A stretch of DNA of 64,000 nucleotides from the human T2T-CHM13v2.0 reference genome, Homo sapiens. Numbering within the stretch: position 1 is the first letter of the stretch; the number at the start of each line of letters is the position of its first letter. Both the position numbers and the translations under genes were made by a program. Under the pieces are notes generated by a model. That model did no database searches and had not been told where the DNA came from. It saw only the letters and a list, made by a program, of their open reading frames with translations. Positions 42,680-55,195 of this stretch are shown here, piece by piece. The stretch lies in the NCBI RefSeq assembly GCF_009914755.1, contig NC_060930.1; one strand, given 5' to 3'.

Positions 42680-43140
42680 TCCCACCTGCCTCAGCCTGGG
42701 TTTCCCCCAAGGCAGAGCCTCACCAGCAGGTAGCTTATTAGAAAGAGGGCACAGGGATCAGGGGCGAGGCAAGGAGCAAAAGTCAATAGACCAATGAGTT
42801 AATAAGTCGGCCGCCAAGGTGGATGTCTGGGGGAAGATCTTGCCAGGGTTGTCCCAGCAACCTACAGCGTGCACCTTAGAACTGTCTGCCTGAGGGAAAA
42901 AAGGCAGGAACATTTAGCCATCGGCTCCTTCCCCTAGCTCCTCTGCTCCTTATTTCCAGGTAAAGCACATACGAGTATTGGGTGGGTTGTGCCCGTGTCC
43001 CCCACCAGAGTTTAGGAGAACTGCAGTAGGAGGCAACCCAAGTCAAGGTGAGCCACTCAGGATGTGACTGATGCCATGGCCAAGATGAGAGATAGTTCTG
43101 AGAAAATGCAAGACATGTACAAAAGCTGTCCAGCGCACCA
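42680..43140 (-). mobile_element. LTR33-like ERVL LTR
   Basis: gggtttcccccaaggcagagcct...gtagcttattag...caccttagaactgtctgcctgagggaaa...catttagccatcggctcc. Confidence 0.55.
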
Positions 43141-43602
43141 TTCCTGGGTATTCTTCCAACAAAGGCACTTCTTAGAAAGCTGTTTTAACCTTATGACACT
43201 TTTAAAATTATAGCATTTCAGAATCCAGGAAACTTGATATAGCTCAGGGAGAGTCCCAGTGCACATTAACATATTACATTCTCTAAAAAGTTCTGCAACT
43301 TCTTTATCTCAAACGCTTGTTCCCCATGGTTAATCATCAACCAGAAACAGACACTGGGTCATGCTGCAGGAAAGCTTCCATAGAAAGCAGCAGGTAAGCA
43401 AATTTCCTTCAGATACTTTTGTGCAATTGATTCAAAGAGGAGGGTCGGGAATGCCATTTCTCAGAGGAGTAAAGCTCATTCACGCAGAAACAACCTGATA
43501 CCATCAACAAGAATGTCTATATATTGAAGGTCAAGAATAATGAAAAAACTCAGTGATAATATACACCCTGTTTGTGAGGCACTCATCACATTATGGAACA
43601 TT

Positions 43603-44586
43603 CAGGCAGTCCTCACCTTGCATAGTTCCCAAACGCACGAATTTTCATTGCCCTGTGGCAACTGAGGTTAAATAACACCAGCCCCCTAACAACATGGTTC
43701 CAATTTCAGTCACCATTAACTGTGAGTGATTGCATGGGGGACAACCTCTGCTGCTTGCTCTGCAGTCCACAGACCACCACGTAATAACAGATGTGCATCA
43801 TGATCAGTGATTAACCGCATCACGTCCTTCAGTCCTTCCGTGTTATCAGTTCCCACACAGACAGCAAAGCGTGTGGTCGTGCTGCTCTCTTGGCTCCCAG
43901 TGACAAACCCACGTGACATTTCACAGAAATGAATACTCAAGAGAGGTAGGTAGCCAATGAAGAGGAAAGTATAGCAAAGAAACAAAAAGTGAGAATGCAG
44001 GAGGTGAAAGTTGACTCAGACGTAAACGAGTTTAGAGAAGAAAGAGCTGATGGTGGGAAAGTTGATGCTGTTGTCTTTTGAGAGATTCTGGATGTGTCTT
44101 TTGAGGGACTCAGGATAAAGATGCTGGCAAAAACTTCATATTAAAGAAACTCTTGGAGATATTTCACAGCACTGAAAGTGTGCAGGACAAAATGTAGGAA
44201 GCCTATCCAAATATAGAAAGGAATGTGACAATTTGCCAAGGCATAGAAAAGATGCCTGGTCCATACTGTAAGTTTCACAATGAGAAGGTGGCAAAGCCCT
44301 TTTCAATTTACTCTCCATAAGTCTTTTACAAAGAAATAAAACACTATTTCTCAATGTTTCTCATTTTTTAAATTATGACAGGCTAAATAAGTATTCAATT
44401 TGCTATCTTTAAATGTTCTTATACATTTACGACCAGTAGTAAAACAGTTCTTAACACTTTAAAAATTTTTTGAAGATTATGAAACAATCATAATTTTCCT
44501 TGTTGCTTCTTAAAATTGCTTCACAGTTTCAACCTGCACAATCATTTCTTCAGTCCCACACTTTCGTGCAAAGCAAAGACTTTACA
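43603..44586. mobile_element. Tigger13a-like DNA transposon
   Basis: TIR-like ends caggcagtcctcaccttgca / tgcaaagcaaagacttta; internal gttaaataacaccagcccc..aacaacatggttc. Confidence 0.75.
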
Positions 44587-45476
44587 ATGCTGTGATGTTG
44601 TAAAGAAAATTCCCGTTGTCCTACTCTGAATCATTTGACAAATGCAACTGAACCCACCACGATGGAGTTGTGTAATACCAAGGTTACATGAATCTTTCTC
44701 TCACATAGTTTGCAGTTGAGGAAGAGGGATGGCAAGTCAACCAACATAATGGTTAAGGCTGACATTGATTGATAGCTTTCTGTGTGCTGGGCACTGTGCT
44801 GGTCCTTTTGTTACAGTGCATTGCCTCCAAGGTGGAGCTTTAGGAGGGGGATGATAATGAAAACTTCGGAGACCATGGGGACTTCATCCTTTAGAGCTTG
44901 GGTCCTCGTGCCTGTGTGTGAAGAAAGGCCCAGCCAGGAAGGCAGCGTCCCTCTTTTCTGCCCACACCTACAGGCTCCCAAGGCAGGGCCAAGGTGGATG
45001 TGAGGCCTGAGACGGGAACTCAACACAGCAGTCCCCTGTCATAAGGACAAGACTGGAAGTTGGCCAAGGTTTGCCAGCATATCATCGCATAAGATGCAAA
45101 TGCCCGGGGATTCTTCTAACGTGGTGTTAGGCAGATGTACTTCATATCTTCTCCCTGTTTATCTAATTTCATGAAGGCACATTTCAGGAGAGTAAGCTGC
45201 CGCAAAGGGTATACATTGTGCCTTGGAAAACTCCCGGGCATGAAAACTATAAACCAGCCATCCAAATTACCTTCACATTTAGGAAATCATTACTGTTGAT
45301 ACGATGTGTCTTTGTTGGATCGTTGTATCTTGGCAGTCTCTTCGAGCCTGTGCTTTTTAGCCTTCTCTCCACCTGTACTTTTAGGCATTGCTTACTTTTT
45401 TATAGGCAAAAAGATTACATATGTGCACATGTGTGTGGCTACATGTGGGTAAATATGTATGTATCGGTAGGGGTAC

Positions 45477-45863
45477 TGTATTAGTAGCTGGGGCTGCCAT
45501 AATAAAATACCACAGATGCGGCAGCTTACACAACGGAGCTTTATTCCCTCGCAGTGCTGGGGGCTGGAAGCCCCACATCCAGGTGTGGGCGGGATTGGTT
45601 TCTCCTGAGGCCTCCCTCCTGGGCTTGCAGATGGTGTCCTCTCCCTGTGTCCTCACACCGTCTTCCCTCTGTGGGTGTCTGTGTCCTCATCTCCTCTTCC
45701 TATAAGGACTCCTGACATATTGGATTAGAGCCCATTCTAATGCCTTCGTTTTACCTTAATTATCTTTTTAAAGGCCTCATCTCCAAATACAGTCCCAGTC
45801 TGAGGTATGAGGAGGTTAGGGCTTCAAATATGAATTTTGAGGGACACATTTCAGATTATAACA
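45477..45863 (-). mobile_element. MLT1A0-like MaLR solo LTR
   Basis: TGTATTAG...gggctgccataataaaataccacaga...ggttagggcttcaaatatgaattttg...ATAACA; TSD G(G/A)TAC. Confidence 0.9.
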
Positions 45864-46205
45864 GATACATACATATGTATATCCTATAAATGAAAATGTC
45901 AGGACGGATTTTAGAGATACAAGTTTTTACTTAATTATGATCCCCCAGCGATCTCATCTCCTCTTAGTCTCAATTTTTCTTGTCTAAGAGAGGGTGCTCC
46001 TACCCACATCTTCAGTCCAAATCCCTCTCCTGAAGGTCGGACCCGCATTTGCAGTGACGGTGACTGGACATTTTCTCCCAGGTGTTAGTCAACACTTTCA
46101 GCCCTACAGGTCTGAAACAAAACTTACCCACCTCCAGTGAAGCTCGTCCTCCTGGCCTTTCTGCTTCCTTTTTAAAGTCCATCCCCCTCCAGGCCTCCCA
46201 TTACC

Positions 46206-46525
46206 GGCTGGGAGCCCCGCCCCTTCCTGGGCCTCCTCCTCCGGGGCTTTCAGCTCCTGGCTGGGAGCCCCGCCCCCTCCAGTCCGCCTTTCCAGGCTGA
46301 GAGCCCCGCCCATTCCAGGCCTCATCTCCTGGCTGGAAGCCCCGCCCACTCCAGTCCTCACCCTCCAGGCTGAGAGCCCCGCCCATTCCAGGCCTCATCT
46401 CCTGGCTGGAAGCCCCGCCCACTCCAGTCCTCACCCTCCTGGCTGGGAGCCCCGCCCACTCCAGGCCTCACCCTCCAGGCTGGAAGACCCGCCCCTCCCG
46501 GGCCTCCGGATCCTGGCTGGGAGCC
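46206..46525. repeat. GC-rich 36/37-bp minisatellite, each unit carrying a GC box
   Basis: Units GGCTG(G/A)(G/A)AGCCCCGCCC...CC(A/T) start at 46206, 46259, 46295, 46331, 46368, 46404, 46441, 46478 and 46515 (partial). Confidence 0.95.
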
Positions 46526-46895
46526 ATCTCTGCCTCCTGCCGCTTCCTGCACTCCTGATCAGGTCAGTGGCCAGTCACAGACCTCTGAAATGTCCTTCCT
46601 GACTGTTAGCTCCACAGCATTCCTACAGCTCCCGCCGCAGTTCCGCCCTCCGGAGGGTTCCAACAGCAGCCCAGTGCGCCTCCCCAGCCCCAGGCTCCCT
46701 CCACTCCAGTGAGCCTGCACCTGGCGCTCCCTGGCACACATATTTTCCATTGCTCTTCACTGCCAATTAAATGCAAATTTCTCATCGTGGGGTTCCAAGT
46801 TCTCTGTATTTGGTCCTCTTATCCTGACAGCTCTACCCTCCCCAGAGCACTACAATCTGGCCAAGAGCCTCACCAGCCTATTCCCCCGAACCATT

Positions 46896-47625
46896 GTTTT
46901 ATTTATTTTAGATTCAGGGGTATTTGTATGCAGGTTTGTTACATAAGTATATTGCGTTATGATAAGGTTTGTGCTTCTGATGATGATCCAGTCGCCCAAC
47001 ATAGTACCGGATAGTTAGGTTTTCTTCCATTGCCCCCCTCTCCCTCCTTCCTTTTGGGGTCCCTGGTGTCTGTTATTCCCATGTTTATGTCCTTATGTAC
47101 CCAGTGTTTAGATCCCACTTATAAGTGAGAGCATGTGGCATTTGGTTTTCTGTTTCTGCATTAGTTTGCTTAGAATAACGACTGCCAGCTGCATCCATGT
47201 TGCTGCAAAGGACATGATTTCCTTGTTTTTTATGACTGCACAGTATTCCATGGCCAAAAAAATGTGGTATAAAAATATGTACCACATTTTTTTAATCCAG
47301 TCCACAGTCGATGGGCACCTGGGTTGATCACATGTCTTCACTATTGTGAACAGTGCTGCAATGAACATACGTGTGCAGGTGTCTTTTTGGTAGGACTATT
47401 TATATTCCTTTGGGTATATACCTAGTAATGGGATTGCTTGGTCTAATATTCATTCTATTTTAGATCTTTAAGAAATCTGCAAACTGCTTTCCACAGGGGC
47501 TGCATTAATTTGCATTCTCACCAAAGTGTGTAAGTATTCCCTTTCTCCTCAACCTCTCCAGCATCTGTTATTTTTTGACTTTTTCATAATAGCCATTCTG
47601 ACTGGTGTGAAATAGTACTTTATTG
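46896..47625 (-). mobile_element. L1PA15/16-like 3' fragment
   Basis: Minus-strand ORF2 C-terminus (MFIAALFTIVKTCDQPRCPSTVDWIKKMWY) and an old-L1PA 3'UTR. Degenerate TSD AACCA(T/C)TG(T/C)TTT at 46889 and 47627. Confidence 0.9.
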
Positions 47626-47776
47626 AAACCACTGCTTTAGAAAGTGAAAGTCCTTTTCAGGTTTGTTTTTCATTCACTGGCAGAGGTTGCTGGCCCAGCA
47701 GGGGTTGTGCAAACTCTGTCTTTGTTCCCCTGTATTTGCCTTCCTCTCCCTTTTTCCTTCCTTTCCCTTTCTCAAT

Positions 47777-47797
47777 ACACACACACACACACACACA
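47777..47797. repeat. (CA)n microsatellite
   Basis: Direct reading. Confidence 0.9.
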
Positions 47798-48464
47798 ACA
47801 TGTACAGAAGGGCTCTTATCTGAAATAATCAATAAATATCAAGGACGTGAAGATGTCATGCAAGGAGCAAAGGGGGAAAGTAAACATAAGGAAAATGTAC
47901 AAAACCTAATTTTTCACCATGTAACCAGCATGGGCTTTAAAGTCTACACAAGACAGACTACCACAAGCCTCTGCCCCTGCAGAAACTGGATAAATCCTGG
48001 AGAATGACTATAATCTCCATGACACAAATTCTTCCTCAGAAGGAAGGATCAAGGCTTCTGAATAAAAGGGCTAGGAAAAGAAATTTTCCTGAGGCTGCCA
48101 AAGGCAAGTAGGATTCTTTTTCAAGGTCAACAGGCATTAGAAACAGAAGACATACACAGTATGCCAGAAAATTACAAGATTTCCCTCTCCTTGACACCAA
48201 AGAGTTAAATATAGAAATGTGCATGTGGACAGTTATTAGGAGAAAGGAGAAAGGGAAGAGAAGGTGGCCCATTTCCTCCCTTGGCCAAAAAGAAAACAAA
48301 CAACTTAAATAAAACAATAAGATGCTATCATCATGAAACACTGTGCATGTGTTGGCCAGTAGGCTATTAATACACAGCACAGCCTGGAGCTTTGCTGAAC
48401 ATGGAAATGCTTCCAGCCTTTTTGCAACACTGCCTGTATGAACACTGCTAAAAATATTGGTGGG

Positions 48465-48552
48465 ATATATATGTGTGCTTGTGTGTGCATGTGTGCTTGT
48501 GCATGCATGTGTGTGCATGCATGAGGATGTATGTGTTGCATGTGTTTGTGAG
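48465..48552. repeat. Degenerate (TG/CATG)n tract
   Basis: Direct reading. Confidence 0.8.
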
Positions 48553-49289
48553 CACGTCTCAGTAGATCCCAACACAGACTGCTTTGAGGAGAATTCATTT
48601 TCATTCCATCCAGAGTTGCTCACAAGTCTGATTAGCTGGGATAGTAAAAGAGAAAGGAGCAGACAGAAATCTATCCCCCTTTTCTCTTTATCTTTGAGAC
48701 TCTTGGAGAAGCACATGCCTTCACTCTCACCCCACAGAACAACACACCCTTCAGAACCCACTCCCACAACCACACCCACTCCATTCTACACAGGCACATC
48801 CAACTGTCCTCCTGTCTGTCTTCACCATGGTGACCAGAGCCTCCACCCTCTACTTCCCTAAAGCAAAAATTGGCAAAGAACCCAAGGAAATGAATGTCTT
48901 TCCAGTGAACCAAAGTTTTGTTATGCACTGTTTGGATAACAGTGTCCTAACAGAATACCTGGAAGTTACAGAATATACTCATTAAACCTAGCTGCCGGTT
49001 AGTAAGCCCTTGAAATGCCTCAGGGCTCCCATCAAAGAGTTTCTGGAGACAGAGGGCTAGGCCAGTATCTAGGTCCTGTTTGAGAATAAGATTTCATTTC
49101 AGAGACCACTTGCTACACTGTATTGAGAATGTTTCAGGGGCTGAATCAGTCCCTCTGGGGGAAAAATGATCTCTGAATGTGTGTCCTGGGTGTGGAAAGG
49201 GGAGTGGCTCAGATTGGACATCTTCAATGTAGAGTGTACTCATGCATTGTCTCAGGAATCCTCATGGCTTCCGTACAGCAAGAATCAAT

Positions 49290-49470
49290 CCACATTTCAC
49301 CCTTTCATAAGGACTCCAGTCATACTGGAGTGGGATCCACCCTAATGACCTCATCTCCATGTGGTTAAAACTCTTTTTCCAAATAAGGCCACATTCTGAG
49401 GTTTGGGGGTTTGGACTGCAACAGATCTTTTGGAGATCTTTTTGGAAGGGGCACAATTCAACCCACAAAA
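49290..49470 (-). mobile_element. MLT1B/C LTR fragment
   Basis: taaggactccagtcatactgga...tttccaaataaggccacattctgagg...gcacaattcaacccac. Confidence 0.8.
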
Positions 49471-49474
49471 GTAG

Positions 49475-50920
49475 TCCTTACCCAAAGGGACCTATGGATG
49501 TTTACTCAGGTGGCTAATCACTGAGGAAAGGGGAAGTCTCAGACAGTCCAAGGACTACTGGACACAGGTCTGAGTTGACATGGACACTTGGGTACCCACA
49601 GTGTCATCACAGTCCCCTGTTAGAGTGGGGCCCCCCACGGACAGAGACTAAGTGGAGCCCTAGCTAATGTCCAGCTCCTAATGGTCCTGCGGAGTCCACT
49701 AACATGCTGTGGGCATTGCCCTGTTTCCTGAGTGCACAGATGGAACTGATCTACTTGATAGTTGGATTAGCCTTAACATTGGGTCTCTGGCCCATGGGCT
49801 ATGACCTGTCATAGTGGAGGGCACCAAATGGAAACTCTGAAAATACCACTGTCAGCTGAGGTTGTCAATCAAAAATAATATTGCATTCTGAAGTGGATGG
49901 CAGAAATTTGTATCACCATTAAAATCCTCAAGGGTACAAGGCAGTGCTATTAACCATATCTCTGTTTAATTCACCAGCTTAGCCCCTGCAGAAACTGGAT
50001 AAACCCTGGAGAATGACTGTAGTCTACACCAGGATTAAACAAATAGTAACCCTGATTGCAGGTGCTGTACTAGACATAGTATCTTTGGTAGAACCAATTA
50101 GTGAGGCTTTCGGTACAACCATTGACATGGGAGATGCATTCTTTTCCATTCCAATCAAGAAAGAGGATCAGAAATGGTTTGTATTTAGGTAGGATAGAAA
50201 ACAATATTAAACTGAAGTTTTGCCTCAGGGCTAAATGAACTCTACTGCCTTCTGTCCTAAAATAGCTTGAGGATATGTGGACCACCTGAATGTCCCACAG
50301 AACATCATGACACCTTGGTGATGGGGCAGAACCAACAATAGATGGCTATCTCACTAGAGGTCTTGGTAAGATACATGCACTAGAGAGGATGGGAAATAAA
50401 CCCTATAAAGATTGAGAGATATACATGTCAATAAAGTCCTTACGGATCCAATGCTCAGGGTCATTCCTGAATATCTCCTCTAAATTCAAATAAAACCACT
50501 GCATCTTGCATTCCCTACCACAAAGAAGGAAGCACAGTGCATGGTGTGCCTCATTTGCTTCTGATGGCAACACATTTCATACCTAGGAATGCTGCTTCAG
50601 CCCCTATACTGGATGACACAAAAGGGTGCTAACTTTGAGTGGAGCCTAAACTAGGAAAGAGCTCTGCAACAGGTCCGAACTGGAGTGCAAGCACACCTGC
50701 CACTGGAGCCGTGTTATCTCACGGACCTCATGAGGTTGTAGGTGTCAGCAGTGGGACAAGATGCATCATAGGGTGGAAATTGTATATCTAAGATCAAACC
50801 TAGGCAGGACTGGAGGATACGCATGAGTAATCCACATAAGCTGGTAGCCCAGACCCCCATGTCACCCACCGCGGCTATACCAGCGCTCCTGCCTCAGCTC
50901 ATATTTATGGCCATATTGGA
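49475..50920 (+). pseudogene. ERVL-class internal relic (protease plus RT N-terminal region)
   Basis: Degenerate motifs appear in order: LTQRDLW, GLLDTG (aspartyl protease, ~49552), VVNQK, SLFNSP, P-QKLDKPWRMTV (~49985), AVLDIVSL, DAFFSIP (~50133), LPQG*MNS (~50220). The YxDD region appears deleted. Confidence 0.8.
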
Positions 50921-52586
50921 GTGCTGACACACTGATCTGGGGTTACTCACTCACATCAGGCACTGGATGAGTACAGTGTCCTGGGCTAAAGTTGATCTAT
51001 CCCAGACCCTCACCTTCAGCAGCATCAGTGGCCCTCACAGCAGCTCTCCCTCCTCTGTATTCCTACTTAGTGGCAGCTGTGGCCTGCAGCACCCAGAAAC
51101 AGTGAGGTAGAGGGAATGGCAAGCATCCATTACCCTGTGCTCCATCAATGGCACTGTCACCCCCTCTGTAGGCTCTGTGCCATGTGTCAGGTAGTACCCA
51201 GGGCTTGTGAGACATCACTCCAAGTTTCCAACCAGGTATGCTCTTGATTCCAGTGGATGTGATGACGTTGTGCTCTCTCAGGGCTTAGGCTATGCCAGAG
51301 GAGGGATGAACATTCCTTGCTGAATGAGATCCCTCTAGCTGTTCCACCCAGGGCCTCTGGCCTGTCCTTTCCTTTGGTGATGGAGTGTAGAAGGCAGGCG
51401 TGGAGTTAACACAGAAAGATTTAACTTTCTGTGTTAGGCAGGCATGGAGTTAACCCTCTGAAAACACAGGATGCCAGTCTAAAGAGTGAAGAGAAAATGT
51501 GGTTGGAAGATGTGTTCTTCTACCTTTACATCATAAATTTCAGAACAGTGCATTTCATGACCAGAAGATGAATTACTGTTCACATTTTTCTGCATGCTCT
51601 GGATAAGATTTGCAATTGTGATCATTGCCAATGGAAGCACAGTAACAGCTTTCAGAGGGTCAGTGGAAGCCAGTATGGAAGATATACGCTGGACAAGGCA
51701 GCCTCTTGAGTGATGATGTAACTACCATTAAACACATGGTATCAGGGAACTACAGAGGTATGATCTGTGTTGCTTCAATACAAAAAAGTGAAGAAGAGCC
51801 ACGGCACTGCCAGTAATAATGACGTTCCATGAGAGATATACAAGTAGCCAGAACTTTTGCCACTAAGAAGAAACTTCACACTGAAAGGACAATAGATAAA
51901 TATGTAAATGCATCTTGTCTACCTATCACTCTAAATCAATTGATCAGTGTATACATCACCATGCCTCATGAATTTTGTCATAAATTTTTAATCAAATTGT
52001 TTATGCAGAGGATTCACGAAAATGAGAGAGATAATCTGCCCTGGATTAATCAATGACATTTACCAAGCTCTAATAAGAACAAGAATTGTGCTAGATACCA
52101 TGGATACAATAAAGAACAATGCACAAATGGACTAAATGTAACTCACTGTCTAAACTGGTAGCAATGCATATAGACAGACGCAGGGTGTCCTGAGCAGGGA
52201 CATAGGAAGGGGTGATGGAATGAACACCCAGCGATGGTTCCGTACTGATGTTCCCAGTTGAAGTCATCAAAAAGGTGACCACTCCACAGGAACTCCATTT
52301 GAGGGCCTTGTTCAATGGGACTTTTCAGCCATCCTCCCAATCCAAGTATTTTCTTCACCTATTAAACTTGTCTTTGATTAGCTCTCCATTGGTCAGAGAT
52401 TCTGTGAGATACCTATGAAAAGATGGAAGTGACACTTACATATGCCTATCCCAACAGCCTAGCTGGAAATCACCAAAATGAGGCAAGAGAACAGGGTTTT
52501 TAGTGAACCTTTTTCCTGTGTGCCTGTTCTAGTTGAAGAATCTGGGTTTAATAGACCTAGAATTCTTTATAAAAGAATTCTTGCCA

Positions 52587-52916
<330 letters not shown>

Positions 52917-53705
52917 TCACAGTTCCAGAACTGCTGCAGAAGAAGGTCTTTCTGAAGAAGGTACAAAGGGGAAAGATAAAGGTGCTGGGTTTTATCTCTG
53001 GTCCTGGTCAGAATCAACTCAGTCTTTACCAACAGGGATTGTCCCATCTGTCATCCTTGGTTACACAAGCCCCATCAGGCAGAATGGGGGAAGGACTGAG
53101 CTCTGGGCCTGGTGAGCACCACTGAGCGCCCCACTGCTACTTCAGGAATCGCCTATCAGGCTGGTGGGTGGGGTAGGAGTGAAAATAATCAGCACCAGTT
53201 TTGGAGTCCAGTCTAGAAGTGGCATTTGACCAGACCCCCCCATAGCTCTTGAGGGTCTTTTCTGAGGACCTTTACTGCAGTCTATGCAAAAAACCCACTC
53301 ATAGTCCTCAGTAACTTCCAGTCCTCCAAAGCCATACAGTGTGGTCATTTTACTCATCCTCTAGGCTTTCTTTAGTTATTCATGCAAAGATAGGCCTGGC
53401 CTTGGGTGTCTGTAGCGAGGCCACAAGGCCTTGGATCAGAACAGCAACGTCAGGGAAAACAAAATCCAAGGGGCTGCCCAGTCCAAGGGCAAACTGGGAG
53501 TCTAGTCCCCATCTTGTAACCACGATCTCTACCTTGCGATGCTGCAGGGGCACCTCTTCTGCCTTTCACCTAGGCTCCTGGCAAAGGCCTTGCAAAGCAT
53601 TATTCAGGGCACTGTGTGAGGCCAGAGAAGGAACTGAGGAAGACCACACCCATACACAGAGATGAAGAGTGTGGAGTGACAGGAAGGCGGGGCTTGAGCT
53701 GGTGG

Positions 53706-54463
53706 CAAAACGGGAAAAGTTCCCTTATCCCCGTGGCAGGGCTTGCGATGGAGGTGTGGCTGGCTTCTTCTGTGCCCCGCTGCTCAAACCTGTAGGGGGA
53801 GCATGCAGATGGGCAGGTGGTGGGGCTCCAACCCCACAGCAATGTCTAAGGGTGAATGTTTACAGCTCCTGAGGTCCCAATGGGCCTGTGTTACAGGATG
53901 CTGTTTCAGTTGAGCCATCCCTAGTCAGCTGTTAGACCTCCTGCCTTATTCCAAGGACAGAGGCTTTCTGTATCCTGAGGTTTCTTGCCTCCGTGCACCA
54001 AAAGAATCAGATCACACATGGGCTTGGAGAATGAGTGCAAGGTTTTATTGAGTGGAAGTAGCTCTCAGATGGGGGAGCCAGAAGGGAGACGGAGTGGGGA
54101 GGTGGTTTTCCCCTCTGAAGTCGGACCGCTCCGTGGCCAGGCTGTCCTCCAGCTGCACTGAGTGGTTCTGCCTGTCGATGGCCTGCCAGCCTGCCGTGGG
54201 CCACTATCAGTCTGCTCTTACACCGGTGTGTTCCTCTTGACGTCCAGAGGCTTGTGTGCGTGCCTGCTAAGCTCTCAGGTTTTTTTACAGGCACAGAATG
54301 AGGGTGTGGTAGGCCAGGGTAGTCTTGGGAAATCCAACATTTAAGCACGAAAACAGAAATGCCTGTCCTCACCTAGGTCTGTGGGCACAGGCCCGGGGGT
54401 GGAGCCCTAGCCAGGGACCACACCCTTCCCTTCCCAGCACTTCCCCGCCCCCCTTCCGTATCA
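53706..54463 (-). mobile_element. ERV1 solo LTR of the MER52/LTR27/LTR28 group
   Basis: The minus strand starts TGATACGGAAGGGGGGCGGGGAAGTGCTGGGAAGGGAAGGG and ends ...GAACTTTTCCCGTTT. Minus-strand AATAAA near 54044. Flanks GTGG/GTAG. Confidence 0.85.
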
Positions 54464-54919
54464 GTAGCTTGAGGGAGTTACTTCTCAGGGAGATGTTTTG
54501 GTTTTTAGGGAGAAGACAAAACCTCCAATTTGAAAAACAAAGCGAGTCCTTTGGTGAGGGAAACACTGGACACACAGAGGGCGGGCTGGAAGGGCAGGTG
54601 CTGGGAAGACAGCAAGGAGTGCAGACCCACTGGGGAGGCAGCCTGGGAAGATGTTTATTTTCTGAGAGACGAGGAAAGACTGGGAAACGGAGAAATTTTT
54701 AGGGTGGAGGGTGGGAAACTTGGGAAACAGCAGATGGTCTTAATCTTCTGAGAAAGGAGGCAGTGCCAAGCCTGGCTGGGGCGACAGTGGGAGTGTGGGC
54801 TGAGGGATGGTGGGGACATCCTCTGCTAGCTGCTGAAGGTCTAGGATGGGCACTGAGGCGAGCCTCAGCGGTGCTCCCCGGGCTTGCCTCCCAGGAGGGA
54901 CCCTGCAGGAAGGTGTCCA

Positions 54920-55000
54920 GATGCAGAGCCCCAACTCCTCCCCCAGAGACTTGGATTCAGTAGAACTGGGATAGGGTCCAAAATCTGTATCATTAGGACA
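54920..55000. mobile_element. MER5-type hAT fragment
   Basis: cccccagagacttggattcagtagaactgggatagggtccaaaatctg. Confidence 0.55.
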
Positions 55001-55195
55001 CTCTCAGAGTATACTTGTCATCAGGCAAAGCCTGGAGAAATAGCAAAAAGAACCGTTAGCCCCAGGGAGAGCCCACTGGAGGCTGGAAACGGGAAGTATT
55101 GGGGAATCACTTAGTATCCTTTATCACAGACTCTGCTGCCCAGAACCCTGGGGGAGAAAGCTGACAGGGGAAGGAGTGTGTAGCCACGTGGGATG

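Noticed and set aside
48036-48779. 247-aa minus-strand ORF
   Set aside because: It runs through TG/CA low-complexity sequence (HTH-type repeats), has a non-ATG start and shows no family similarity.
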